From: Eledone cirrhosa
Taxonomy: Eukaryota
Assembly: GCA_964016885.1 (NCBI GenBank)
Contig: OZ024742.1
Span: 97,712,001-97,776,000, forward strand
Direction of reading: 5' to 3'
DNA length: 64,000 bases
Shown piece by piece: positions 19,369-33,255 of this stretch. The position numbers and the translations under genes are program-made. How positions within the stretch are numbered: the stretch's first letter is position 1; the number at the start of each line of letters is the position of its first letter. Below the pieces are notes generated by a model, which was given only the letters and a program-made list of their open reading frames with translations, did not search any database and was not told the origin of the DNA.

Positions 19369-19487
19369 TATATATATATATATGTATGTATGTATGTATG
19401 TATATAAATATATATATATGTATGTATGTATGTATGTATATAAATATATATGTATGTATGTATATATATATATATGTATGTATGTAT

Positions 19488-20337
19488 GTTTTCTCTTTCT
19501 CTTAATTTTGAGTATATTTTTTTGACCGGCCACCTTCCTGGTGGCAAGGTTGTAAAAGAAAAGAAATTGTCATCCTTTGAATCGCAAGAATGTTTTGCAA
19601 ATTTTGAAGGTGCCAGCTATCGCAGCCATTTGTAGACTATGAATTAGGGAGCTGCGCTTTTTGTCCGCAAATCCAAGTTCGGTCATACTTTGGTCCAAGC
19701 GGGTTGGTATATAACCCGTAGCACCAATAATGATGGGTATGAAGCTAAAGGTGTATCTTGGATACTGGATTTGTAAACTCCTCATCAATGGTCCGTAGAT
19801 GTCCTCCTTCTCCTCTATTTTTCTGACAACGTTTACATCAAGTGGGCAGCTGATCTCCACAATAGAACACGTTTTCAATGTGTGGTCCCAAACTACAATA
19901 TCAGGCCGGTTGTGCTTTAATTTGGTGGCAGTTTTTATTTTCAGGTTCCACCAGTATTCCTTAGTGCCATCTGTCTCAATATATTCTTCCTCGTTTGTTG
20001 TTAATTTTGTTTTCCGAAGTGCGTTCCAGATGGTTCTAGCCATCCCATCGTGTCTCATGGGGAGGTAGTAGCGAGATGACATTCTTTCGCAGTTGGCAAC
20101 AATGTGGTTTACATCCTCGATCTTTGTTTTACATAGCCTACATTTATTGGCAGCTGCTGGCCCTCCTCTTTTGTGCAGCAGATATTTGGTAGGGAGTTCT
20201 TGTTCCTGTATTGCATAGAGATATCCCTCAAGGTGTGATGTCATAAACTTGTCGGAACTCCATGCCAGGCTTTTTGAGTGGTTTATCCCCTCTATGGTCT
20301 GTGTTTTACGCCTCAAGTATCCATGCACAACTTTTTC
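19488..20337 (-). mobile_element. Dong/R4 3' fragment, copy 2
   Basis: ORF 20328-19570 translates identically to copy 1. Confidence 0.9.
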
Positions 20338-20352
20338 TGTGTATGTATATAA

Positions 20353-20387
<35 letters not shown>

Positions 20388-20711
20388 TGTATGTATATAT
20401 ATATATGTATGTATGTATGTATGTATATATATATGTATGTATGTATGTATGTATATATATATATGTATGTATGTATATATATATATGTATGTATGTATGT
20501 ATGTATATATATGTATGTATGTATATATATATATGTATCTATGTATGTATGTATATATATATGTATGTATGTATGTATATATATATGTATGTCTGTATGT
20601 ATATATATATGTATGTATGTATATATATATATATGTATGTATGTATATATATATATATGTATGTATGTATATATATATATATGTATGTATGTATGTATGT
20701 ATATATATATG

Positions 20712-20742
<31 letters not shown>

Positions 20743-20759
20743 GTATGTATATATATATG

Positions 20760-20810
<51 letters not shown>

Positions 20811-21355
20811 GTATGTATATATATATGTATGTATGTATATATATATGTATGTATATATATATGTATGTATGTATATATATATGTATGTATGTATAGATAT
20901 GTATGTATGTATATATATGTATGTATGTATATATATATATGTATGTATGTACATATATATGTATGTATGTATATATATATGTATGTATTTATGTATGTAT
21001 ATATATATATATATATATGTATGTATATATATATATGTATGTATGTATATATATATATATGTATGTATGTATGTATATATATATATATATGTATGTATAT
21101 ATATATGTATGTATGTATGTATGTATATATATATATACATATGTATGTATGTATGTATATATATATATGTATGTATGTATGTATATATATATGTATGTAT
21201 GTATATATATATATGTATGTATGTATATATATATATGTATGTATGTATATATATATGTATGTATGTATATATATATATGTATGTATGTATATATATATAT
21301 GTATGTATGTATATATATATATGTATGTATGTATATATATATGTATGTATGTATG

Positions 21356-21386
<31 letters not shown>

Positions 21387-21549
21387 GTATGTATATATAT
21401 ATGTATGTATATATATATGTATGTATGTATGTATATATATATGTATGTATGTATGTATATATATATGTATGTATGTATAGATATGTATAGATATGTATGT
21501 ATGTATATATATATATGTATGTATGTATATATATATGTATGTATTTATG

Positions 21550-21624
<75 letters not shown>

Positions 21625-21985
21625 GTATGTATATATATATATATATGTATGTATGTATATATATGTATGTATGTATATATATATATGTATGTATGTATAT
21701 ATATATATGTATGTATGTATATATATATATGTATGTATGTATGTATATATATGTATGTATGTATGTATATATATATATGTATGTATGTATGTATATATAT
21801 ATATGTATGTATGTATGTATATATATATATGTATGTATGTATGTATATATATATATGTATGTATGTATGTATGTATATATATATATGTATGTATGTATGT
21901 ATGTATATGTATATATATATGTATGTATGTATGTATGTATATATGTATGTATGTATGTATATATATATGTATGTATGTATGTATG

Positions 21986-22075
<90 letters not shown>

Positions 22076-22194
22076 TATATATATATATATGTATGTATGT
22101 ATGTATGTATATAAATATATATATATGTATGTATGTATGTATGTATATAAATATATATGTATGTATGTATATATATATATATGTATGTATGTAT

Positions 22195-23034
22195 GTTTTC
22201 TCTTTCTCTTAATTTTGAGTATATTTTTTTGACCGGCCACCTTCCTGGTGGCAAGGTTGTAAAAGAAAAGAAATTGTCATCCTTTGAATCGCAAGAATGT
22301 TTTGCAAATTTTGAAGGTGCCAGCTATCGCAGCCATTTGTAGACTATGAATTAGGGAGCTGCGCTTTTTGTCCGCAAATCCAAGTTCGGTCATACTTTGG
22401 TCCAAGCGGGTTGGTATATAACCCGTAGCACCAATAATGATGGGTATGAAGCTAAAGGTGTATCTTGGATACTGGATTTGTAAACTCCTCATCAATGGTC
22501 CGTAGATGTCCTCCTTCTCCTCTATTTTTCTGACAACGTTTACATCAAGTGGGCAGCTGATCTCCACAATAGAACACGTTTTCAATGTGTGGTCCCAAAC
22601 TACAATATCAGGCCGGTTGTGCTTTAATTTGGTGGCAGTTTTTATTTTCAGGTTCCACCAGTATTCCATCTGTCTCAATATATTCTTCCTCGTTTGTTGT
22701 TAATTTTGTTTTCCGAAGTGCGTTCCAGATGGTTCTAGCCATCCCATCGTGTCTCATGGGGAGGTAGTAGCGAGATGACATTCTTTCGCAGTTGGCAACA
22801 ATGTGGTTTACATCCTCGATCTTTGTTTTACATAGCCTACATTTATTGGCAGCTGCTGGCCCTCCTTTTGTGCAGCAGATATTTGGTAGGGAGTTCTTGT
22901 TCCTGTATTGCATAGAGATATCCCTCAAGGTGTGATGTCATAAACTTGTCGGAACTCCATGCCAGGCTTTTTGAGTGGTTTATCCCCTCTATGGTCTGTG
23001 TTTTACGCCTCAAGTATCCATGCACAACTTTTTC
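22195..23034 (-). mobile_element. Dong/R4 3' fragment, copy 3 (8-nt and 2-nt deletions)
   Basis: Lacks TTAGTGCC near 22667 and 2 nt near 22865; the ORF is split. Confidence 0.9.
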
Positions 23035-23049
23035 TGTGTATGTATATAA

Positions 23050-23084
<35 letters not shown>

Positions 23085-23352
23085 TGTATATATATATATG
23101 TATGTATGTATGTATATATATATATGTATGTATGTATGTATGTATATATATATGTATGTATGTATGTATGTATATATATATATGTATGTATGTATATATA
23201 TATATGTATGTATGTATGTATGTATATATATGTATGTATGTATATATATATATGTATGTATGTATGTATGTATATATATATGTATGTATGTATGTATATA
23301 TATATATATGTATGTCTGTATGTATATATATATGTATGTATGTATATATATA

Positions 23353-26110
23353 TCATCATCATCATCATCATCAACGTTTAACGTCCGTGTTCCACGCTTG
23401 CATGGGTTTGGACGGGGGTAGTCCCACTTGAGGCAAGAGTGATTGTCTTGCTCGCATAGGACTGTCTGGCAGGTTTTCTACAGTTGGATGCCCTTCCTAA
23501 CACCAACCACATTTACAGTGTGGGTCTGGGAGGTTTTTACCGTGTTGCCTACACGGCCACATTACAGCGTGGACTGTGTGTTTTTTGTCGTGACACCTAC
23601 ACGATCTCATTTGTTTCGGCCTCGATGGCGCGGCACCAACATAACTTTACATAGAACGGGGTGGTGTGGATGGGGTGGGGGTGGTGGTGGTGGGACGGGG
23701 TGTATTTTGTTAGAGATGCCTACTGGCTGGAGTAGGTTTTACTATATATTTAGGTAAGGCGGGTCTTCTCTGTTACTGAGTACCGCCAAAGGTCTCGGTC
23801 CAGTGACATTGTCTTGGAGAGGTGTAAGTGTGTGATGTCGGAGTTTATCAGCTCGTCCCAGGTTTTTCTAGGTCTGCCTATTCCGTGACTACCGTCTATC
23901 TTTATTGCCCTGCACTTTGTTATACAGCTATCGACTTTCATGCGCATCACGTGTCCATACCAACGTAGCCTTCTCTCGAGTAAACAACATCTGATCCCTC
24001 TTATCTCTAATTTTTTCCTTAGCTCGTTTATGCTTTGCCGTTCACGTATATTACTGTTACACATCCAGCGGAGCATGCAAGCTTCGTTCCTCTCTAGTCT
24101 GCGTATATCCTCTGCACACAATGCCCAGGTCTCACTGCCATGCAGCATTGCTGTTCGTATGCAGGCATCGTACAACCTGCCTTTCATTTTTAGTGAGAAC
24201 CCTTTAGCAGCTAATAGTGGTATAAGCTCTCTGAACTTTTTCCAACCAGTTCTGACTCTAGCTACAGTACTTTCAGAGCACCCTCCCCCACTGCTGATTT
24301 TATCGCCCAGGTAACGGAAGCTGTCCACTATTTCTATAGAACCCTCTGCGCAATTGAAAGAGCTAGTATTTATGGGCACTTGCTGCTACTTATTGCACCA
24401 GAGCACCGGCCTCATGTAAAATCTATGTTCTTAGTTAGCTTACCTGTGATCCCACTACATCTTTTATGCACCCATACTTTGCATTTAGGACATAAAATAG
24501 AGTTTCTACCTACGCCTTTCCTACACACCGAGCACGACCATTTCCCAGAAGGGACCGCCGCCTTGTTTTCTTTCCTACAAACTAGTACTTTGGTCTTAGC
24601 CAGGTTAATTTTAAGTCCTTTTGACTCTAGGCCGTGCTTCCATGTTTGGAATTTCTTCTCTAGCTCGGCCATTGATTCCGCTATGAGTGTCAGGTCGTCT
24701 GCGTATAGGAGTTCCCATGGGCAGCCTGTCTTGAACTCCTCTGTTATAGCCTGAAGGGCAATAATAAATAGTAGTGGGCTGAGAACAGAGCCCTGATGGA
24801 CGCCAACTTTTACGCTAAACTCTTCACTATATTCGTTGTTAATTCTAACCTTGCTGACTGTTTCTTTATACATGGCTTGTATAGCCCTCACAAGCCATTC
24901 GTCAACGCCTAGTTTTCTAAGAGCCCACCAGATAATGGAGCGGGGGACTCTGTCGAAGGCTTTCTCCAAGTCGACAAAAGCTAAGTAGAGGGGTTTACCT
25001 TTAGCTAGGTACTTCTCCTGTAGTTGTCGTACTATGAAAAGAGCGTCTGTGGTACTTTTGCCTGACACAAACCCGAACTGCATTTCATCTAGGTCAATTC
25101 TCTCTCTGATTAGTTGCGCTATTACTTTTTCCGTGACCTTCATGACCTGGTCGATTAATTTAATGCCTCTATAGTTACTCCTATCTAGGGCGTCTCCTTT
25201 ACCCTTATAACAGTTAACGATGATGCTGCTATGCCAGTCCTTCGGAACAACCCCATTCTGTACGACTTGGTTAACTATGCGGGTGACCATGGTGTGTCCC
25301 ACCGTGCCAGATGCCTTCAGCATCTCAGCAACTATTTCCGAAGGCCCAGCCGCCTTACCCGTCTTCATATCCTTGATTGCCTTACTTATTATACTCCCCT
25401 CGACTAACACTGCTGGTCCCTCTATTGGGTCGATATGGGGGAGACTGCCTTTCTCCCATTTATTCTCCTCATTTAGTAGCCTTTCATAGTGACACTTCCA
25501 AGCTACCTTCTTATCAGCGTCGGTGATGGCAAGTGTGCCATCGTCGTTTAGTACACACTTCTCCCCGACAATATCACGGTTTTCCTTGACGCATTGCCTA
25601 GCAATCCTGAACACCTCACGTTTTTGGTCATCGCGTTGTAGAACATGCTTGAACTTTCTTTCCTCAGCTTCCCTTCTTGCTAAGTACACTTGTCTCCTAG
25701 CTTCCCTCCTGGCCACTTGATAGTCCTCTCTACTTCCCCCATCCCGCCATACTTTCCAAGCCTGCTTTTTGGCCTTAATTGACCCCTCCACCTTACTGTT
25801 CCACCACCATGTTACTCTCCTCCTGCCTACAGGCCTGCTCCAGCCATAGACTTCGTCTGTCGCCAACAGCAGGTTTGCTTTCAGAAATTCCCACTCTCCC
25901 TCTATATTGTCCGACTCTAAATGTTCTTCCTTACTGTCGAAAGCATCAAGTAATATGCTTTGAAATTTATTCCTGGCTGTGGGGTCCTTTAGCTTCCATA
26001 TTTTCCTCCTGAGGATAGTCCTCTTCTGTTGTCGAGTACGTCTCGTCCTGACTATGAGGTCGCTAATTATCAGTCTATGTTGGGAGGTGCATTCTTCATG
26101 GGGGAGGGAT
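23353..26110 (-). mobile_element. RTE-clade LINE, 5'-truncated, with PHD finger inside RT and (TGA)n tail
   Basis: [58 protein letters not shown]; TGT>TGA stop at 24412-24414 plus a 1-nt frameshift. Confidence 0.95.
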
Positions 26111-27074
<964 letters not shown>

Positions 27075-27160
27075 AACTTTGAATAACTTTGAAATGTTTT
27101 GGCCAGTATTGGCCCAGGCCATGTCTAACTTAATAGCACCACCTGGCGAAGTCTTTCAAT

Positions 27161-30120
27161 TCAGGATTTGGGCACCATGGCCCATTCGAGAAGAGAATTA
27201 CTGTTTGCGGAGACATATCCGGGTGTGGGTGGTTTGTCCGGGATTACTTGGAGGAATTTGTCCAAAGACTTCTTGAATTTTGTGTGGTCAGTTTCTGTTT
27301 TGACGTGTCCTGGTGTGATGTTGAAGAGAGCAGGGCCGATTGAGGTGAAATAATTGTGCCGTATTGTTGTTATGAGTTGCGATTTAGATTTTTGAATGGG
27401 ACGGATAGCACGGGGCCCAAGCCTTGGGTGTATCTTGAAGGCGATGCCAACATCATTTGGGCAGTGATGATGGAACATTTTCCACATCATGCAGATAATA
27501 TAACGCTCACGGCGACGTTGGAGTGAGTAAAGTTTCAGGTTTTCTAATCGACCCCAGTAGTCAAGGTCTGACATGCCATCTATCTTTTTCGTGATTGCCC
27601 TTTGAGGAGCTTCAAGTTTCATGATACTTTGTTTCGTGTGGGGAGACCACAGTGGACAACAGTATTCAAGGTGTGGTCGGGCGAAAGTAGAGAAGAGAAG
27701 GATAATGGTGCGGGAATCTCTCGACTGGAAGGTTCTGAGGATCCAGGAACACATTCTGCGGGCCATGTCAACTTTGCTGCTTATATGCGTGGTCCAGCTT
27801 ATGTTGCTGTCCACGGTTACTCCCAAGTCTCTGATGTTGTTAGATGCCACGAGAGTTTCCCCGGAGGGAAGGGAGTACGGGAGTTTCAGAGCATCCTCTT
27901 TTCCAAAGTGGATCAGTTCGAATTTGTCTTCGTTCAGTAACATGTTGTTCTTTTCTGCCCATTGGGTAACAGCCAGTAGGTCTGACTGAAGGCTTATCCG
28001 ATCATCCACGCGATTGATGACCTTTTGGAGCTTGGAATCATCAGCGAAAATTTTAATGTTGCTGTGTTTGATGATGTCAGTGATGTCATTAATATAGATG
28101 ATGAAGAGAAGTGGGCCCAACACAGTGCCTTGTGGGACCCCACTACTGACTTTGGCTGGGCTTGATTTGACTCCCTCAACTACAACATGTTGGGTTCTGT
28201 TTGACAGGAAGCTCTTGATCCACTGCAGCAGCTTTCCAGTGACACCAATATTGGACAGCTTTCTCAGTAGAATGTTATGATCAACCCTGTCAAAGGCCTT
28301 GCTGAAATCAAGGTAGATAACATCAGTGTTGGAATCCTCTCCCAAGGCTCTCAAAATGTCATCAAAGTGATGCAGTAGCTGCGTCAGGCAATCCCTTCCA
28401 TTACGGAATCCATGCTGGTTGGAGTTCAGCATATTGTTACTCTCAAGGAAGTGGGTCATTCGCGATCTCACCACTCGCTCAAATACCTTAATGATATGAG
28501 AGGTGAGTGAGATTGGACGGTAATTCACGGCAAGGGATTTGTTTCCCTTTTTGAAAACTGGGACAACAGACTGGGATAGAAGGTTTTCTGGCACATATCC
28601 AGCATCCAGTGAGTTCCGCCACAGATTGGCAAGAGGAGATGCAAGTTGGTGTTGACACGCCTTCAAGACACAAGCAGGGAACCTATCGGGACCTACTGCT
28701 GAATTATGCTTGATTTCCTTTATTGCCGCCAAGACATCAGGGGCGCCAAACGTTATGTCCGATAAGGTGTAATGGGGAGTAACATCGCCGATACAGCCCA
28801 GATCGGCCATATCAGGATTGCTGAAAACAGAGCAGTATTGTTTCTGCAGTATCTCACCCATGGTTTTAGCATTGTCTTGAAGAGTGCCATTTTCATCAAT
28901 TAGAGGGCCAACAGTAGAGCCAGTGATTTTGTGTTTTTTTGCAAATGAAAAGAACACTTTGGGATTGAGTTTGATCTTCTCAATGGCCCAGGCCTCTTCA
29001 GCTCTTCTCTGATTGTTGATGAGGGACATTATGTTGTTTTGGAGGTTATGTTTTTTAATCTCTAGTGATGAAATGGCAGTCAAGTTGATGTGTTGCTGCT
29101 GACAGTATTTCAGCTTGTTGATTTTTTTGTTCGTTCTCTTAATTTTTCTGATGAGCGTTTTTCTATTTCTAGGGATTCTGCTCTTAGATTTGTTTATAGT
29201 TCTTAATGGGGTGTGTTTAGCACATATGTTTGTAACAGTGTCCACAAATGTCTGCCAGGACTTTTTGATGTTAGTGGGTGTATGAGTGTGCGTGAAGGAC
29301 CAGTCGACATGTGCAAGATCATGACTGATCGCTTCCCAGTTTGCATTGTGGAAATCCATAGCGTCAAACGGATGGACAGGAGAGATGACATTGGGTTTGT
29401 ATATTGGACGGTGGAATCTCAGATCACAGAGAACCATGTCATGATCAGAGAGTAGAGTTTTCTCCACTGCAATATTGTGGATATTGTCAGTGTGATTGCT
29501 GAAAATTAAGTCTAGGACGTTTTTGTGGCACCTCGTTGGTTCGAGCACCAGTTGGGATAGGAAGAAATCATCCATGAAGTCAAGAAGCGATTCCACAGCT
29601 TCCCTGTCAGAGGTTGAGGCAGAAGAACCTGGTGGCAGGCTGTTTGTGGACCAGTCAACTCCGGGGAGGTTGAAGTCCCCCATCATTAAGATGTTGTCAG
29701 GGTGACACTCTTGGATGAAACACTTTATGCTGTTGAGGCATTCCTTGAAGCATGGTACAGGCGTTTGGGGTGGCCTATAGAGCCCAACTACTAATAGGTT
29801 GTTGGTTTGACTGAATACAGTGACTGCTTCACAGTATCCATTAGTGAATATGTTCATAGCCTCTGTTGAGAAAGAATTATGGACATAAATGGCAGTTCCA
29901 CCCTTTCTTCTGCCAGCGCGATCAGCACGGATGGCTTTAAAATTTTTCACTTTCACCTCGGCTTCCAAGTGGAGGTTACTGAGATGGGTTTCAGTGAGGA
30001 CGAAGAAAGGGATGTGGTTTGGATGGACATCAATCCAGTCCTCCAGGAATTTGATCTTCCATTTTTGAGTATTGGTGGAAGGGCTGATGCCTTAGGCGTT
30101 AAGCAAAAATGTAGAGGCGA
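27161..30120 (-). CDS. CR1 ORF2: AP endonuclease + reverse transcriptase (935 aa open; one TAA at 30092-30094 in APE motif I)
   Basis: [87 protein letters not shown]. Confidence 0.93.
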
Positions 30121-30168
30121 GAGTGGATGGTTTTAATTGTTTTGGTGTGTTGTTAATTTGTTTGTTTG

Positions 30169-31020
30169 TTAATGGCAGCAATGGGAGTTTGTGCAGTGGG
30201 GTGATAGTGGAGGGTGGTGCTGGGTGATAGCTCGAATGTTTTTTTCCAGTTCTTTTGCCAGATTCATTATGGCTAAAAAAGAGGAAGAAGTTTCCTGTTT
30301 AGAAGACTGTTGGTGACTGTGGTAGTGGCTATTTTTATGTAGGTTATGGTTTTTGTTTTTGCTTTTATTTTTAATTTTATTTTCATTTGTCCGACGGGTC
30401 CCCGGGAGATGGGTAAAGGGACAATCCCGGTCTAAACACAATCTGTCTCGCAGGGAAAAACGGCAGATTTGTGGATTCCTTGTTTGAGTTATTGGTGGTT
30501 GTGTTGGTGTTAAATTAGAGTATGTATTATGGTGGTGGCTGTTTGTGGGGATAGCTCGTTTTGTCCTAGGTAAATGGGTGAATTTGCAGCCACTATCCGT
30601 ACATATTCTATAGCGTAGAGAGTAGCGGCAAATGATGGGGTTTCGAGTGGGTGGGTATGTGGTGTGTGTGTTGTGAGAGGTGTAGATGATGGTTTGGGTA
30701 GGATTTGACGACCTTTGTGGACTGTAGGAGGGAGAGTTCTTGTACTGGTATTAGAAGGTAAATTCCTTGACATAGCAGTAGACAAAAATGTTGTAGTAGT
30801 AGTAGGCAGAGATGTTGGCAGTGGTGATGATTGGACTGCTGGGCCAGAGAAAGGATGTGGCGTTTCATGCTGTGAGACAGAGGCTACTGGGGGGTCAATA
30901 GTTTCATTTAGTAGATCGGCCATTGTTGATGAATCAAGGAGTGGTTCACACTGTTGTTGTCGTTGTTGTTGTTGTTGCTGTTGTTGATGTTGTTGTTGTA
31001 GCTGTTGTTGTTGTTGCTGT

Positions 31021-31055
<35 letters not shown>

Positions 31056-31313
31056 GACAGCATTCGAAGAGAAAACACACCGTAGTTTATCCAAATGTTT
31101 ATTGATTAATTTAAAAGCAATTTCGATTTGCTTTAATTTATTTTGAATCTGTTGTTCAGATCGAGTTTTCAAAAATTGAACTGTACGTTTAGCAATGTCG
31201 TTCAGAGATGAAGCATCTATATCTTCTGTTTGGGAAAGGCAATGCCATGTGTTTATTAGAATGTCGATTTCATTATCAGACCAGTTCTGTTTGGATTTTT
31301 GCTGGTTAGCCAT
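30169..31313 (-). CDS. CR1 ORF1: Myb/SANT-like N-terminus, polyQ, two CCCH zinc fingers (one frameshift near 30660)
   Basis: WSDNEIDILINTW..RSEQQIQNKLKQI; the shifted frame reads CRYSLRYRICTDSGCKFTH and CRFSLRDRLCLDRDCPFTH and is open to 30169. Confidence 0.78.
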
Positions 31314-31563
31314 TCTAGTTTTGAGTGTGTGTGTGTTTTAGTTAAGTATTTCAATATATATATATTTTTTTTAAATTTATTTTTGATTTATTTTTGTTTT
31401 TTGTTTTTCTTGTGTGTGAGTGAGAAGAGTATATATATTAATATGAGTATATATATATATATATATGTATATTCTGGTTATTTGAAATTAATTAAGTTAA
31501 TGAAAAGACGAAATATATGTATGTATGTATATATATATGTATGTATGTATATATATATGTATG

Positions 31564-31596
<33 letters not shown>

Positions 31597-31601
<5 letters not shown>

Positions 31602-31649
31602 CCCCCGTCCAAACCCATGCAAGCGTGGAACACGGACGTTAAACGTTGA
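31597..31649 (+). mobile_element. Extreme 3' end of the RTE family
   Basis: GACTACCCCCGTCCAAACCCATGCAAGCGTGGAACACGGACGTTAAACGT(TGA)n matches the tails at 23353 and 35652. Confidence 0.9.
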
Positions 31650-31783
31650 TGATGATGATGATGATGATATGTATGTATGTATATATATATGTATGTATGT
31701 ATGTATATATATATGTATGTATGTATGTATATATATATGTATGTATGTATATATATATGTATGTATATATATATGTATGTATG

Positions 31784-31834
<51 letters not shown>

Positions 31835-32610
31835 ATATATATGTATGTATGTATATATATATGTATGTATGTATAAAGGTTATCATATACATAAAATTAA
31901 ATTAAAGATATATATATGTGTTGCAACTGTTCACTTTTAAGCTCAATGAAGAATTAATAAATTAAAATCAAAAGATCAGAGCATTATATTATAAATTATG
32001 TCTATAGAATCAATCAGATATTAAAATATATACTATTTCTTCTTCTAATCAGCATAATTAACCATATGATAACCTTTATATTTAATAATCTCCCAATTGG
32101 TTGAGATTAAATTTGGCGATTTATGGCTGCGCTTTCTAGCAGCAAGCCTACCCGCCGTAAGCAACGAATCACACCCTTTCTCTCTGGCTGGTACACAGCT
32201 ACATAGCGATCTTAGCCATTTTTTAATCTAGATTTGGCGCGGTCGGTTTGAGAAACTAAATGTCTGATTTTGAGTTTATCTTCTGATGAAACCTAACTCT
32301 GGGATTCAATATTATTTGGATGTCCTAAATAAGGAAGAAACCATGGTAGAGATATAATTACGGTATGTGCGCATTTCTTCTAAGTTTAATTTTACTACTA
32401 ATTGTGTGTGGTTGATAGTATATTTGATCGGATTCTGCATGCTGCCGAAATGTTTGATAAATAGTGGAACGGGGCCGCCGCGAAGAGGCTACGATCAATT
32501 GCTTGTCAGAGATTTCCCCGTAAGAAAATTTATTCTTAAAGCTTGCTAGATTTGATTTTGTATATGGTTAATTATGCTGATTAGAAGAAGAAATAGTATA
32601 TATTTTAATA

Positions 32611-32647
32611 TCTGTATGTATGTATATATATATATGTATGTATGTAT

Positions 32648-32681
<34 letters not shown>

Positions 32682-32720
32682 ATATATATATATGTATGTA
32701 TGTATATATATATATGTATG

Positions 32721-32753
<33 letters not shown>

Positions 32754-33255
32754 GTATATATGTATATATATATATATATGTATGTATGTATGTATATATA
32801 TTTATATATGTATGTATGTATATATATATATGTATGTATATATGTATATATGTATATATATATATGTATGTATGTATGTATGTATATATATTTATATATG
32901 TATGTATGTATATATATATGTATGTATATATATATATATGTATGTATGTATGTATATATATATATGTATGTATGTATGTATATATATATATGTATGTATG
33001 TATGTATATATGTATGTATGTATATATATATATGTATGTATGTATGTATATATGTATGTATGTATGTATATATATGTATGTATGTATGTATATATATATA
33101 TGTATGTATGTATGTATATATGTATGTATGTATGTATATATGTATGTATGTATGTATATATATATGTATGTATGTATGTATATATATATATGTATGTATG
33201 TATGTATATATGTATGTATGTATGTATGTATATATATATATATATATATGTATGT
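32611..33255. repeat. (TATG)n/(TA)n microsatellite
   Basis: Direct inspection. Confidence 0.97.

Larger units (their letters stand above)
15109..23352. repeat. ~3x tandem array of a ~2.7-kb unit (TATG/TA microsatellite + Dong/R4 fragment)
   Basis: Unique parts start at 16801, 19488 and 22195; the microsatellite interruptions (TAGATA, TACATA, TATTTA, TAAATA) recur in the same order in each unit. Confidence 0.95.
27075..31500 (-). mobile_element. Near full-length CR1-group LINE (ORF1 + ORF2)
   Basis: Two ORFs and a short 3' UTR with a TGGCC..GGCCA hairpin and (TTCAAAGTTA)2 tail abutting the TA repeat; 5' boundary approximate. Confidence 0.92.

Noticed and set aside
24412-24414. In-frame TGA at a PHD cysteine (possible selenocysteine)
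   Set aside because: The sister copy has TGT, this copy also has a nearby frameshift, and no SECIS was identified; best read as a nonsense mutation.
31880-32610. Unique segment with TTTGGCGC, possibly the CR1 5' UTR or promoter
   Set aside because: Separated from ORF1 by repeats; the link cannot be established without other copies.
32620-33255. N-terminal extension of the 877-aa ORF
   Set aside because: Microsatellite read-through fused to a 5'-truncated RTE.
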